Positions 1 through 10,943 are shown, counted from the first letter of the stretch. The stretch: DNA of 64,000 nt from Patescibacteria group bacterium (GCA_049322615.1 JBMORX010000010.1:25416-89415); one strand, 5' to 3'. Made by a program: numbers and translations. The notes: generated by a model not told the origin, from the letters alone.

Positions 1-94
1 CGAAAATAATTTTAAAAACCTTAGCTCAATTCAAAACGCCAAAGGTGGCGATTTGGTTTTTTAAAACTGCCTGGAATTTTTGGAGGTGGACCAA

Positions 95-997
95 ATGAAA
101 GCAAGCGTGATTATTCCCGCTTACAATGCCCAAAAAACCATTAAAGACTTGCTTGCCTCGCTTGTTTCTCAAGATTATCCTCAAAAGGATTATGAGGTAA
201 TTGTCGTTGATGATGGCTCCAAAGATAATTTAAAATTGAAACTGGAAATTAAAAATTTAATTTTTCTGCAACAGAAACATCAGGGAGCGGGAGCGGCACG
301 GAATTTGGGGGCGAAAAAAGCCCAAGGTGAGATTTTGGTTTTTACGGATAGCGATTGTCTGATTCCCAAAGACTGGGTAAAAAATCACTTCAAAAGTCAG
401 GAAAAATATAAAGATTTTGGGATTATTGGTGGGGGAGTCAAAAAACCCAAGGAAGGAACTTATCTGGCTTGGGCTGATTTTCTCTCTTCTTGGTTTAATG
501 CCCATGAAGATTTGCCCAAACAGGAGGTTAAGGAATATCTTCCTAGCTTAAACATAAGTGTTAAAAAGGAGGTGTTTGAAGAACTTGGTGGTTTTTGGGA
601 GAAAAAATTAACTGGCGAAGATGTTGATTTTTGTTTTCGCGGCCGTCAAAGAGGAGTTAAAATTTTATTTGAGCCTGCCTTGGCTGTCTGGCATCAAGCC
701 CCAACTTTTCAGGGTTTCTTAAAACATAACTTCAATTGGGGTTATCACGCCTCATTTGTCCGCGGACAACATCAAGCTTTGAGTTTTCATTGGCTCCTTT
801 CTGGCGGTTTTTTTAAGGCTTTAATTTTATTTTTGCCCCTTGTTTGCGGGTATACTCTCTATTTGCTTATCCGTTGGTGGCGCTATCAACCCCTAAGATT
901 TATTCTCTGTTTGCCTTTAATTTTTTTCGGCAAGACAAGCTATGCTTTAGGTGTCTTGGTTGGTTCTTGGCAGAAATCATTGAAGAAAAATGATTAG
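95..997 (+). CDS. Family 2 glycosyltransferase with hydrophobic C-terminus
   Basis: ORF 80..997. ATG at 95 follows GGAGGTGG (82-89). SVIIPAYN...VIVVDDGS...FTDSD is the GT-A/GT2 pattern. C-terminal hydrophobic stretches. Confidence 0.8.
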   Translation: MKASVIIPAYNAQKTIKDLLASLVSQDYPQKDYEVIVVDDGSKDNLKLKLEIKNLIFLQQKHQGAGAARNLGAKKAQGEILVFTDSDCLIPKDWVKNHFKSQEKYKDFGIIGGGVKKPKEGTYLAWADFLSSWFNAHEDLPKQEVKEYLPSLNISVKKEVFEELGGFWEKKLTGEDVDFCFRGRQRGVKILFEPALAVWHQAPTFQGFLKHNFNWGYHASFVRGQHQALSFHWLLSGGFFKALILFLPLVCGYTLYLLIRWWRYQPLRFILCLPLIFFGKTSYALGVLVGSWQKSLKKND

Positions 998-2072
998 TAA
1001 AGTCTTAAAAACAGCGCTTGTCAGCTCTCTTTTTGGCTGGCAACAACCGAAACATCTTATCTTCCATGTCACCAGTCGTTGTAATGCCCGCTGTGGAATG
1101 TGTTTTGTCTGGAAGAGATTGAACAAAAATAAGGATTTGACTCTTGAGGAAATTGAAAAAATTGCCAAAATCTTACCTGGTCTTATTTTTCTCGATATCT
1201 CCGGTGGCGAACCCTTTTTACGAGATGATTTAACCCAAATTCTGGCTATTTTTGAAAAAGAAAGCCCGGGTGTTTATGTTAATCTTCCCACCAATGGTCT
1301 AATGCCGGAAAGAATCGAAAAAGAAACCCGGAAAATTTTGCGGGAAACAGATCTATCAATTTCTCTTAATCTTTCTTTAGATGGACTGGAAAAGACTCAC
1401 GATGAAATAAGAGGAGTGAAGGGAAATTTTGAGAAGGTTTTGCAAACCTACCGTCGGCTGGCTCAAGTGAAGAAAGAAAATCCCCGCCTTTCTTTAAAAG
1501 TAGCCACCGTTGTCTCTAAACTAAACTTTCATGAGCTTGAGGGTCTGGCTGATTTTGTCAAAAGGGAAATGAAAGAGATTGATTTTCAAACCTTAATCTT
1601 AGTGAGGGGAGAACCAGCGGATAAAAGTTTTACTTTGCCTCCGCTTGAGGAGTTGAAAAAGCAACAATCAACCTTTTTTGAGATTTGGCAAAATTATGGT
1701 TATGGGAAAAATCTTGGTTGGTTTGGCTCAAAAGTGGCTAATTCCTCTCATCGTTTCCTTTTTCATCTTTATCTTAAAACCCTAAAAGAAAAGAAAATGT
1801 CCTTACCTTGTTTAGCCGGCAATGCCCATGTCGTTGTCTTTGCCAACGGAGATTTGTCTTTTTGCGAACTGCGCCAGCCAATCGGCAATTTGAGAAAAGT
1901 TAACTTTAACTTTTGGTCACTCTGGCAAGGAAAAGAGGCTCAAAAGCAACGCCAAGAAATTGCCCAAAACGCTTGTTTTTGTACCCATGGCTGTAACTGG
2001 ACAGATAACATTTTTTTCAGTCTCAAAACCTACCCGTTTCTTGTTCGAGAATTAATCAGAAGTTTTTGCTAA
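990..2072 (+). CDS. Radical SAM protein, SPASM/twitch-like C-terminal Cys cluster
   Basis: CNARCGMC (CxxxCxxC), GGEPFLR, SLDG..HDEIRGVKGNF, C-terminal CFCTHGC. 8-nt overlap with the upstream GT2 gene. Confidence 0.8.
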   Translation: MISKVLKTALVSSLFGWQQPKHLIFHVTSRCNARCGMCFVWKRLNKNKDLTLEEIEKIAKILPGLIFLDISGGEPFLRDDLTQILAIFEKESPGVYVNLPTNGLMPERIEKETRKILRETDLSISLNLSLDGLEKTHDEIRGVKGNFEKVLQTYRRLAQVKKENPRLSLKVATVVSKLNFHELEGLADFVKREMKEIDFQTLILVRGEPADKSFTLPPLEELKKQQSTFFEIWQNYGYGKNLGWFGSKVANSSHRFLFHLYLKTLKEKKMSLPCLAGNAHVVVFANGDLSFCELRQPIGNLRKVNFNFWSLWQGKEAQKQRQEIAQNACFCTHGCNWTDNIFFSLKTYPFLVRELIRSFC

Positions 2073-2084
2073 AATGGTCTAAAA

Positions 2085-4835
2085 ATGAAAAGGATTTTGT
2101 CCATATTGGGACATTTATTGGCTTTAGGAGTGATTCTTTTATTTTGGTTTCCAATTGCCAAATCTTATTATCAGGCGGTACCGACCATTGGGGCTGATTT
2201 TTTACAATTCCCAACCTATGTCGCTTATATTAAAAACCATTTCCAGCTTCCCCCTGCTTCTTGGAAATACATTTGGTACTCTGGTTTTCCTTTAGTTTTC
2301 GATATGGCTTGGCTTCATATGTATTTGACCCTACCCCTGACTTTTTTTCTGAGTGTTGTTAATGCCTCTCGCGCTTATCTGATCTTGACGATGTTTGGAC
2401 AATTGGCTTTTTCTTATCTTTTGCTTTACGAGCTTTGCCGAAGTCGCTTTGTCTCCCTGGCGCTCACCCTCGCTCTTTCCTCCTCAGTTAATTTCTATCA
2501 TGGGCTTTGGGATGGGGGAACAGCCACTTTTTCGGCCACCCGAATGTTTCTTCCCTTAACCTTACTCTGGTTCGTCAAATATTTTAAAAGTAAAAATAAC
2601 AAATTTCTCCTTTTGTCAGGACTGATCATCGGCTTGGCGATCCTTGGCCACCCAGGCTCACTTTTTCTTATCATTCTCGGCCCGGCCGTCTTATTCTTTT
2701 TGTTTTGGCAAGATAAAGAAACTCCCCTTTTGAGCCTTAAGAAAATCTTAGGCACCATTGTTTTTACCTTAATCGGTTTTCTGATTGGCGGAGTCACTCT
2801 CTATCCAATTATCGAGCAGATTTTGACCCATCCTGGCTTTGCCCAATTCGGTCTGACGACTAAAATCCATGAAGATGCTTTAACCGGAATTTACAGCTTC
2901 AGCAATCCTTTTTTACTTTTTTTGTTTTTTCTTTTTAGCTTCTTAGTTTTCTTCAGAGGAAAGATTAGAAGAGTGCCTGAGGCGACTGCCTTTTTGATCC
3001 TTATCCTTTATGTTTTAGGTTCTTGCGTCCTTTATCTTATTGGCCATCATCCTTTATCTCAAGCTTTGGGACCGGGAAGAATTTGGTGGATTTTCTCTTT
3101 GGCTCTCGCGGGGGCAATTGCTCTTTTTTGGCAGGCTCTTTTTCCAAGTCGGGAGGGAAAATGGTGGGCGAAAAAAAATTTGCTTTCTTTTTTAAGCCTC
3201 TTGCTTTTTGTGCCTATTTTTGCTTCATTTTATCTTCCTAGCTTCAAAGAAAGACTAGATAAGATTACCGCTGAACATATGGGTTATCCTTCTAATGTTC
3301 AATTAGCAGTTATTAACGAAGACAGACAAGCAATCGAAAAAGCCATTGTTCCTTCATGGTTGAACACTCAATTAATTGATTACCGCTATTATGAAATCAG
3401 TCCCGGAGTAGAAACTTGGTGGAATTCAGTTTTTCCCCTACCCTTGGTTAAGGGTTATTATGGAATTTTTGGGGTCAAAGCGACTGACTGGCTTTATTGG
3501 GTTGATAATACGCTTTTGGGCGAGTATGTTTGGCATTTTGGCGTCCCTGAGGCGATTGCCAAAAAGCATGCTCTTTTTCTTATTGACTGGTATGCTATTC
3601 GCTATTTTGAGGGAGGAGGTTTGGCCTTGGCTGAGTATCTTGAGCAAGATCCAGGAGTGGTGGAAACCAAAACAGAAGTTAATATTGAAGCCAGTGAACC
3701 CCTCAAGCCCTATAAATTTTTTGATGAGATCACCTCGCCCATTATTCGCCCAACCAACTCACCAACGATTCTTATGGTGGGCGACACGGTCGCCTACGAT
3801 ACCTTCTTAAAGGTGTTGGCCACAGAAAACTTAAACTCGCGCTATCTTATTCCTCTTCATGGGCCGGAATATCTCGAGGATCTTTCTTCCTGGGACTTGG
3901 CAGATTTTGATGTTATTTTTCTTTACAGCTACAAATACCGTAACGAAAAAGATTTCCGTTCCCGACCTAATAGGGTTTGGGAAAAGCTTGAGGAGTATGT
4001 CCGAGCGGGGGGAAGGCTTCTGATTGAAACCGGGGAGGAGGTTATGGAATCTGATTCAAGCGCTCTTTCTTCTCGGGGTCAAGACATTCTTCCTGACGTT
4101 TTTCCGATAGAGAGAACCTTAAGAGGAGCCCTAGGAGAAAGTTGGGATTTGACCGTGACCGAGAGCCCAATTGTTGAGGGGATAGAATTTGGAAAATTTT
4201 CTCAACTTTTGTATGAAGGCTCTCCTTGGAAACTTTCTTATGCCTCAAATAGTGTTCGCCCCTGGGCGAAAACGATTTTATCTCAAGGAGGAAAGCCAAT
4301 TTTAGTTGAGGGCAAATTAGGGGAAGGGAAGGTTATCTGGAGCGGGATTAATCTTCCTTACCATTTTTTATATTATCTTAATCTAGAAGAGGGAGAATTA
4401 TTCAAAAATATTTTAGGAGAGATGGTTAGTTTAGGAAGGGAGGAAGATATTAAAACTGCTCGGGTTTGGCGAATCTCTCCGGAGAAAATTGAGGTTTCTG
4501 GAGAAAATTTTTCCGGGATAGTCTTTAAAGAGCAGGCCTATCCCGGCTGGCAAGGCAATCTTTTGGAGCCCCAAAACAAAAAACTTAAAGTTTATCGGGC
4601 TGGTCCCTATTTTATGTATTTTAAAATTCCCGAAGAGACAAAGGGAAAGATTAAAGCCAGTCTCACCTATAAAGGAGCCCCTTTGGGATGGTTATTATTT
4701 ATTATCAGCATGGAGACCATCATCTTTGTTTTCCTCGGTTTTATTTTTGAAAAAAGTCTTTCAAGGTTTATCTTAATCTTGAGCAGTAAGGTTGGAAGAA
4801 GGCTAAATACTTGGTGGGGGAAGGAGGAGGAATGA
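2085..4835 (+). CDS. Large polytopic membrane protein (GT-C-like N-terminal half, soluble C-terminal half), function unknown
   Basis: 916-aa ORF. About the first 400 aa are repeated hydrophobic segments, then a long soluble region and one C-terminal TM. Operon context with GT2 and radical SAM genes. Confidence 0.6.
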   Translation: MKRILSILGHLLALGVILLFWFPIAKSYYQAVPTIGADFLQFPTYVAYIKNHFQLPPASWKYIWYSGFPLVFDMAWLHMYLTLPLTFFLSVVNASRAYLILTMFGQLAFSYLLLYELCRSRFVSLALTLALSSSVNFYHGLWDGGTATFSATRMFLPLTLLWFVKYFKSKNNKFLLLSGLIIGLAILGHPGSLFLIILGPAVLFFLFWQDKETPLLSLKKILGTIVFTLIGFLIGGVTLYPIIEQILTHPGFAQFGLTTKIHEDALTGIYSFSNPFLLFLFFLFSFLVFFRGKIRRVPEATAFLILILYVLGSCVLYLIGHHPLSQALGPGRIWWIFSLALAGAIALFWQALFPSREGKWWAKKNLLSFLSLLLFVPIFASFYLPSFKERLDKITAEHMGYPSNVQLAVINEDRQAIEKAIVPSWLNTQLIDYRYYEISPGVETWWNSVFPLPLVKGYYGIFGVKATDWLYWVDNTLLGEYVWHFGVPEAIAKKHALFLIDWYAIRYFEGGGLALAEYLEQDPGVVETKTEVNIEASEPLKPYKFFDEITSPIIRPTNSPTILMVGDTVAYDTFLKVLATENLNSRYLIPLHGPEYLEDLSSWDLADFDVIFLYSYKYRNEKDFRSRPNRVWEKLEEYVRAGGRLLIETGEEVMESDSSALSSRGQDILPDVFPIERTLRGALGESWDLTVTESPIVEGIEFGKFSQLLYEGSPWKLSYASNSVRPWAKTILSQGGKPILVEGKLGEGKVIWSGINLPYHFLYYLNLEEGELFKNILGEMVSLGREEDIKTARVWRISPEKIEVSGENFSGIVFKEQAYPGWQGNLLEPQNKKLKVYRAGPYFMYFKIPEETKGKIKASLTYKGAPLGWLLFIISMETIIFVFLGFIFEKSLSRFILILSSKVGRRLNTWWGKEEE

Positions 4836-5713
4836 TCAGCTGCAGCCTCGGGGTCATGGCTTACAATGAGGAAAAAAATATTGCCCGGGCCTTAGAGGCT
4901 CTTCTTTCCCAAAAACTGAAGAAAGTGAAAATAAAAGAAATCTATATCATTGCCTCAGGCTGCACTGACAGGACAATTCCGATCACTAAAAGAATCGCCA
5001 AAACCGACAAACGGATTAAACTCTTGATTCAAAAAAAACGGGAAGGAAAGTCGTCGGCCGTTAATCTATTTTTAAAGCACGCTCGGAGCAAAATTGTCGT
5101 TTTGGTCGGGGCGGATACGCTCCCTCAAGAGGATGTCGTCGAGAAATTAGTGACCCCTTTTTTAGATCCCCAGATAGGGATGACCGGGGCTCACCCCATT
5201 CCGGTTGATCCGGATAATACCTTTTTCGGTTTTGCGGCCCATCTTTTATGGGAACTGCATCATCAAGTTTCTTTAAGCTCACCTAAAATGGGGGAGATGG
5301 TGGCTTATCGGAAAGTTTTTGAGAGAATCCCTTATGCTTCGGTAGTCGATGAAGCCACGGTTGAACCCCTAATTGTGGGTCAAGGGTATAAACTTCTTTA
5401 TGTTCCTTCGGCGATTGTTTTTAACAAAGGAACAGAGAATTTAAGGGAATTTCTAAAACAACGCCGGAGAATTCATACCGGACATCTAGCTTTAATTAAA
5501 GTCCAAGGCTATAGCGTTTCTACCTTGAGCAAAAGGCGGCTGTTTTTGGCTTGGCTTAAAAGTTTTAGGTTTGAGCCAAGATTTATTTTTTGGTCACCAT
5601 TAGTGGCTTTTTTGGAGATTGTCGCCCGGCTCTTGGGGACTTATGATTTCTATTTTAAAAAAGATAAGCACACAATTTGGGAAGTCGCTTACTCAACTAA
5701 AAGATTGAAATGA
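4832..5713 (+). CDS. Family 2 glycosyltransferase
   Basis: ATG 4832 after GGAGGAGG, ATGA overlap with the previous stop. GVMAYNEEKNI..., GADT (DxD-like), GT2-like layout. Confidence 0.75.
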   Translation: MISCSLGVMAYNEEKNIARALEALLSQKLKKVKIKEIYIIASGCTDRTIPITKRIAKTDKRIKLLIQKKREGKSSAVNLFLKHARSKIVVLVGADTLPQEDVVEKLVTPFLDPQIGMTGAHPIPVDPDNTFFGFAAHLLWELHHQVSLSSPKMGEMVAYRKVFERIPYASVVDEATVEPLIVGQGYKLLYVPSAIVFNKGTENLREFLKQRRRIHTGHLALIKVQGYSVSTLSKRRLFLAWLKSFRFEPRFIFWSPLVAFLEIVARLLGTYDFYFKKDKHTIWEVAYSTKRLK

Positions 5714-6783
5714 GGCGAATACTTTTTAAAATTCCATTTTTCTGGTTTTTTTATTCTTTTGGCTGGCCCAAGGTTTTGCCGGCCAACTATACATTCAGTC
5801 TGACTTTTAAATGCAATTCTCGCTGTCTAACCTGCAATATTTGGCAAAAGAGTGAAGAGGGGGAATTAACCCAGGCAGAATGGCAGAAAATCTTTTTGGC
5901 TTTGGGTAAATCGCCTTACTGGGTAACTCTTTCTGGAGGGGAGCCATTTTTAAGAAAAGATTTAATTGAAATTGTTAAAAATCTTTGCCAAATTTGTCAG
6001 CCAAAAATAATTACTATCCCCACCAATGGAATTTCAACTGCTAAAATCCAAAAAGATGTTCAGGCAATTTTAAAAGGTTGCCCCAAGACGCGTTTAATTA
6101 TCAACCTTTCTCTAGATGGAATCGGGGAAAAACATGATCAAATAAGGGGGGTTAAAGGTAATTTTGATAAAGCAATGGCAACTTATAAAAAACTGAAAAG
6201 GATAAAATCAAGAAATTTTGTCTTAGGAATTCATACCGTTATTTCAAGAGAGAATGTTAAAGACTTTTCTGAAATCTGCGATTTTGTTTTGGACCAACTT
6301 AAGCCTGATTCATATGTGACAGAAATCGCTGAACAAAGGGTTGAACTTGAGACAATGGGTAAAGATATTACTCCTAGTCTTGAAAATTATCAAAGGGCAG
6401 TAGATTATTTAGAGCAGAAGATGAGAAGGCAAAAATTAAAGGGCTTTTTCAAATTAACTCAAGCCTTTAGATTTACTTATTATGATTTAGTTAAAAAAAT
6501 CATGGAAAAAAAAGCCCAAGTTATTCCTTGCTATGCTGGGATACTTTCTTGCCAGATAGCCTCCAATGGCGATGTTTGGCAGTGTTGTGTTCGCGCCGAT
6601 GTTTTAGGCAATTTAAAAAAAGAAAATTTTGATTTTTCAAAGATTTGGTTTTCAAAAAAAGCTGATAAAATAAGAAAATCAATCAAAAATAGAGAGTGTT
6701 ACTGCCCATTGGCTAATGCTTCCTATACTAATGTTTTAATGAGCCCAACCTCAATGACTAAAGTTATCTTTAATTTTTTTTAA
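5710..6783 (+). CDS. Radical SAM protein (paralog of 990..2072)
   Basis: CNSRCLTC, SGGEPFLRKDL, PTNG, SLDGIGEKHDQIRGVKGNF, C-terminal CYCP. ATGA overlap with the upstream gene. Confidence 0.8.
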   Translation: MRRILFKIPFFWFFYSFGWPKVLPANYTFSLTFKCNSRCLTCNIWQKSEEGELTQAEWQKIFLALGKSPYWVTLSGGEPFLRKDLIEIVKNLCQICQPKIITIPTNGISTAKIQKDVQAILKGCPKTRLIINLSLDGIGEKHDQIRGVKGNFDKAMATYKKLKRIKSRNFVLGIHTVISRENVKDFSEICDFVLDQLKPDSYVTEIAEQRVELETMGKDITPSLENYQRAVDYLEQKMRRQKLKGFFKLTQAFRFTYYDLVKKIMEKKAQVIPCYAGILSCQIASNGDVWQCCVRADVLGNLKKENFDFSKIWFSKKADKIRKSIKNRECYCPLANASYTNVLMSPTSMTKVIFNFF

Positions 6784-7706
6784 TGAATGTCTTAATTACC
6801 GGCGGGACAGGCTTTATTGGTAAGCATCTAGTTGATGCTTTAGTCAAAAAAGGGCACCTGGTGAAGGTTATTGCCAGAAATCCCCAAAAAGCAGAGCCAG
6901 TGAAAAAGTTGGGGGTTAGGGTTGTGATTGGCGATTTAGGAAATAAAGAGTTTTTGAAAAAAGAGCTTGAGGGAATTGAAATTGTTTATCATTTAGCGGC
7001 TATTCCAGGCCAAGCCTGGGGCATTCCTTGGGAGGAATATAAAAAGGTGAATGTTGATTTTACCAAGAATTTGCTTAAAGCAGCCGTTCAAAATAAAATT
7101 GAAAAATTTATCTTCTGCAGTTCGGTTCAAGCTGTTGATCCCTCGACTTTTTATGGCAAATCAAAACTTGAGGCAGAAAAAGAAGTTAAAAAAAGCAATT
7201 TGGAATACGTTATTGTCAGGCCTGGCGTAGTTTATGGACCAGGTGATAAGCAGGCAATTTTGCGGATTTGTCAGCTAGTTAAGAAGGGATTTTTCCCTTT
7301 GATTGGCGGAGGGAAGACAAAATTAGCGATTATTTTTATTGATGATTTAATTGATCTTTTTTTGCAATGTCTTACTTCGAAGGTAAAAAATAAAACAATT
7401 TGGGGAATTGGTGAAGAGATTACTTATAAAAACTTAGTCAAAATAATAGGCAAGGAGTTGGGCAAGCCCTGTTGGCAGGTTTTTTTACCGGCGCCATTGG
7501 TAAAAACAGTCGCTTTTCCTTTGGAGGCGATTTCCTCAATCACTGGGATTCGACCTTTGGTTACCCGAGCCCAGGTTGATTTTGTTACTTTTGGTTGGTA
7601 TTTTGCTGTTCCCAAGGAACAAAAACGAATTTGGCAGCCGAAGGCAAAGTTTGCCGAAGAAATTAAAAAAACAATTGAGTGGTATAAAGAAAATGGCTAT
7701 CTATAA
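6783..7706 (+). CDS. NAD-dependent epimerase/dehydratase (SDR family)
   Basis: VLITGGTGFIGKHL Rossmann motif, YGKSK (YxxxK). TAATG start/stop overlap. Confidence 0.85.
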   Translation: MNVLITGGTGFIGKHLVDALVKKGHLVKVIARNPQKAEPVKKLGVRVVIGDLGNKEFLKKELEGIEIVYHLAAIPGQAWGIPWEEYKKVNVDFTKNLLKAAVQNKIEKFIFCSSVQAVDPSTFYGKSKLEAEKEVKKSNLEYVIVRPGVVYGPGDKQAILRICQLVKKGFFPLIGGGKTKLAIIFIDDLIDLFLQCLTSKVKNKTIWGIGEEITYKNLVKIIGKELGKPCWQVFLPAPLVKTVAFPLEAISSITGIRPLVTRAQVDFVTFGWYFAVPKEQKRIWQPKAKFAEEIKKTIEWYKENGYL

Positions 7707-8091
7707 AAAACTCCCGCTTTGGCAAAAATACAAACCCAAAATTTATGGTTTAGGAGAGGTTTATGAGCAGATTTCCGTAGAAAGAAAGAAAAAGAGATTA
7801 AAGGAAAAATTTGGGTCAGGAATTTTGTTTCTTTGTCCAAATAAAAAGCATTCTGGTAGGGGGTTAGCCCTAGAAGAACTGCAAGAAAAAGTCCGCCAGC
7901 AAAAATATCTAATTTTAACCAGTGGCTTTGTTGATTCACCACCGTGGCGATCTTCTCCTGGCAAAAGAAAAGGCTTGAAATTACCCCTTTTCTTGGCGAA
8001 AATAATTTTTTATGGCTTGAGTTTCTTGGAGTCTTTTTGGGAAGGAGAAGAAAATTCTCATATAGTTTATGTTTTAGGCAGAAAAAAGTAA
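7693..8091 (+). CDS. Hypothetical basic protein
   Basis: ORF 7576..8091 trimmed to the ATG at 7693 so it does not overlap the epimerase C-terminus. No recognisable motif. Confidence 0.4.
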   Translation: MAIYKKLPLWQKYKPKIYGLGEVYEQISVERKKKRLKEKFGSGILFLCPNKKHSGRGLALEELQEKVRQQKYLILTSGFVDSPPWRSSPGKRKGLKLPLFLAKIIFYGLSFLESFWEGEENSHIVYVLGRKK

Positions 8092-8092
8092 G

Positions 8093-9467
8093 ATGAAAGT
8101 TTTATTGCTTCACCCCCAACTGAAAAAATATAAACAGCCCCGTCTTCCGCCTTTGGGACTTTTGTCAATTGCCGCCGTTTTGGAGAAAGAAGGACATCAG
8201 GTTTTTGTTTTGGATTTGAATGTTGAGCCTAATAACTTAGAAAGGTTTCTCAGAAAGAGATTTGATTTAGTTGGGATTACCGCAACCACTCCTTTAATCA
8301 AAGAAGCCTGGCGACTGACTAAGATTTGTAAGAGAAGAAAGTTGCCCGTAATTTTGGGCGGACCCCACCCTTCGGCTTTACCTGAAGAATCTTTAAAAAA
8401 GGGAATAGTTGATATTGTTGTTCGTCACGAGGGTGAGGAGACAATGAAAGAACTTTGTGCCAAATGGCCAAAATACCAAAAAATTGCGGGAATTTCTTAT
8501 ATTAAAAATGGGAAAGTTGTCCATAATCCTAATCGCCCCCTAATTCAAAACCTGGATAGTCTTCCTTTCCCTGCCCATCATCTTTTAGGCGATATTAGTC
8601 GCTATAGTCCCCCTCAACCTGTTTTAACTAAACAGAAAAAAACTTTGACCTTGATTTCTTCCCGCGGTTGTCCTTATCATTGTAATTACTGCTACAAGGG
8701 TGTTTTTGGCGATCGCTGGCGAGCCCACAGCCCGGAATATATTTTAAATCTTTGGGAATATTTGGTTAAGGAATTTGGGGTCGAAGAAATCGGAGTGGAA
8801 GACGATACTTTTAATCTAGACCCAAAAAGAGTCGAGGCAATTTGTGCTGGTTTGGGCAAAAGAAAAAATTAAAACTTCCTGGACCACCGCCCAGGGATTA
8901 AGGGCGGATAGAATCACCAAAGGCCTTTTAGTGAAAATGAAAAAAACTGGTTTTTATCGAACAGGCTTTGGGATTGAATCAGGCAGCCAAGAAATGGTTG
9001 ACAAAATCGGCAAAAATTTGAATTTAGCCAAGGTCCCCGAAGTCATTTCTTTCTGTAGAAACCTGGGGATAGAATCTATTGGTTATTTTATGATCGGTAA
9101 CGCTGGCGAAAACAAAAGGACGATGGAGGAAACGATTGATTACGCCATTAAGCTTGACCCAGATATTGCTCATTTTACTATTGCCACCCCCTTACCTGGT
9201 AGCCCCCTTTATGACCAGGTAAAAAAAGAAGGAAAACTGCTGATTACTGATTGGGATCTTTATGGTTATACCCAAGGCAGGTGTTATTTTGAGATGGGTG
9301 AGGTAAAAAAGGAGCTGGTGGAGAGGATGTGGCGAAAGGCTTATCGCCAATTCTACTTACGTCCTGCAGTGATTAAACGATTTTTAACCAGAAAAGAGAC
9401 GTGGCTTAACCTCCCCAAAATGGTTCAAGCTAGTCTTTCTTATCTGGGTATACGAAAGGAAACTTAA
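8093..9467 (+). pseudogene. B12-binding-type radical SAM gene split by a +1 frameshift
   Basis: ORFs 8093..8872 (B12-like N-domain, GGPHPS, CPYHCNYC) and 8844..9467 (GIESGSQEM onward) together are colinear with the intact paralogs at 9467 and 10944. Frames switch in gggcaaaagaaaaaatt (8854-8870). Confidence 0.7.
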
Positions 9468-10939
9468 TGGCGGATATCGTTTTAGTTCAACCAGTGGTGG
9501 GTCTTTTAGATAATATTAAGACGGCTCCTGGTTTGCCCCTCTCCCTTCTTTCGGCAGCTAAGTTGGTATCCAAGGAATTTAAGGTTAAGATTATTGACCA
9601 AAGGCTGGATTTTGCCTGGAGAGAAACCCTGAAAAAAGAATTGAAAAAGAAGCCTTTGTTGGTGGGGACAACGGCGATGCTTGGGCCGCAGGTTGAATTT
9701 GCCAGGATGGTTGGGGAGGAGGCAAAAAAGATAAATCCAGAAATCCCGGTAGTTTGGGGCGGACCCCATCCCTCTGTTTTGCCTGAGCAAACTCTTCAAG
9801 ATGAAACAGTGGATATCATTGTTGAGGGCGATGGGGAAGAGACGTTTTTAAAGCTGGCTCGGGGTTTGAAAAAAAAGAAATCTTTAAAAGCAATTCCTGG
9901 TCTTTATTTCAAAAAAGGAAACAAGGTGATTTACACCCGGCAGGCACCCCTAGTTGATTTAAATAAAATGCCGGATATTCCCTATGAGTTAGTTGATGTT
10001 TATCAATACTTGCCAAGAAGGGGAAAAGTGACGGCTTTGGATATGGAAACTTCTCGGGGTTGTCCTTATCGGTGTCGTTTTTGTTACAATCCCTTTTTTA
10101 ATCGCGGTCGCTGGCGGGCTTTAAAAGCGGAAATAGTTTTGGCAAGGATAAGGAAAATTGTTGAGAAATACAAAATTAAGGGGATTTGGTTTATTGATGA
10201 TGAATTTTTTATTGATCTTAAAAGAGCCAGAGAGATCATTGAGGGGTTGATAGAATTAAATCTTCACTGGACAATTCAGGGTGTAACTGCCAATTCGGTG
10301 CTAAGGATGGATGATAGTTTTTTGTCTTTGTTGGAGAAATCGGGTTGTGAACAATTAAATATTGGGGCTGAGTCAGGATCATTGCGGATTTTAAAAATGG
10401 TGGAAAAAGGCATTACTCCTCAAGATATTTTAAGGGTTAATCGCAAGCTTAAGCCCTACAAAATTATGCCCTGGTTTTATTTTATGATTGGCTTCCCTCA
10501 AGAAACGAAAACAGATGTTCACAAAACAATTAACCTCGTTCTTCGCTTACTTAAAGAAAACCCCAGGGCGAAAGTTTCCGGGATTGGCTGTTTTACTCCC
10601 TATCCGGGGACATCTCTTTTTGAGGAAGCGAAAAAAGAGGGTTTTGTGCCCCCCAAAGATCTTCTTGGTTGGCGGACTTTTTCGGTTGACCAAATTAATG
10701 TCCCTTGGTTAAAAGGGGAGAAAAAAGCAATGGTAGAAGCGGTTCAGTTCGCCTCCTTTTTTGTTGACGAAAAAGCCCGCGATGTGGCTTCTTCACTTTT
10801 GGTCAGACTGATTGCCGAGCTTTATCGACCCATCGCTCATTGGCGCCTAAAACGGAAGTTTTGGGGTTTACCTTTTGATGTTATGATTGGCAACCGGATT
10901 AAAAAAGAATTGGCTAAAAGGAGGATTTCCGTTTTTTAA
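9467..10939 (+). CDS. B12-binding domain radical SAM protein
   Basis: 490 aa. GGPHPS, CPYRCRFC, GAESGS. TAATG overlap with the upstream gene. Confidence 0.8.
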   Translation: MADIVLVQPVVGLLDNIKTAPGLPLSLLSAAKLVSKEFKVKIIDQRLDFAWRETLKKELKKKPLLVGTTAMLGPQVEFARMVGEEAKKINPEIPVVWGGPHPSVLPEQTLQDETVDIIVEGDGEETFLKLARGLKKKKSLKAIPGLYFKKGNKVIYTRQAPLVDLNKMPDIPYELVDVYQYLPRRGKVTALDMETSRGCPYRCRFCYNPFFNRGRWRALKAEIVLARIRKIVEKYKIKGIWFIDDEFFIDLKRAREIIEGLIELNLHWTIQGVTANSVLRMDDSFLSLLEKSGCEQLNIGAESGSLRILKMVEKGITPQDILRVNRKLKPYKIMPWFYFMIGFPQETKTDVHKTINLVLRLLKENPRAKVSGIGCFTPYPGTSLFEEAKKEGFVPPKDLLGWRTFSVDQINVPWLKGEKKAMVEAVQFASFFVDEKARDVASSLLVRLIAELYRPIAHWRLKRKFWGLPFDVMIGNRIKKELAKRRISVF

Positions 10940-10943
10940 AAAA

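Noticed and set aside
7576-7692. N-terminal extension of ORF 7576..8091, and similar extensions of the ORFs at 80, 4811, 10887, 12379, 29167, 37107, 38328, 40929 and 44651.
   Set aside because: The extensions overlap upstream genes or RNA hairpins. Internal ATGs with good Shine-Dalgarno sequences give cleaner starts.
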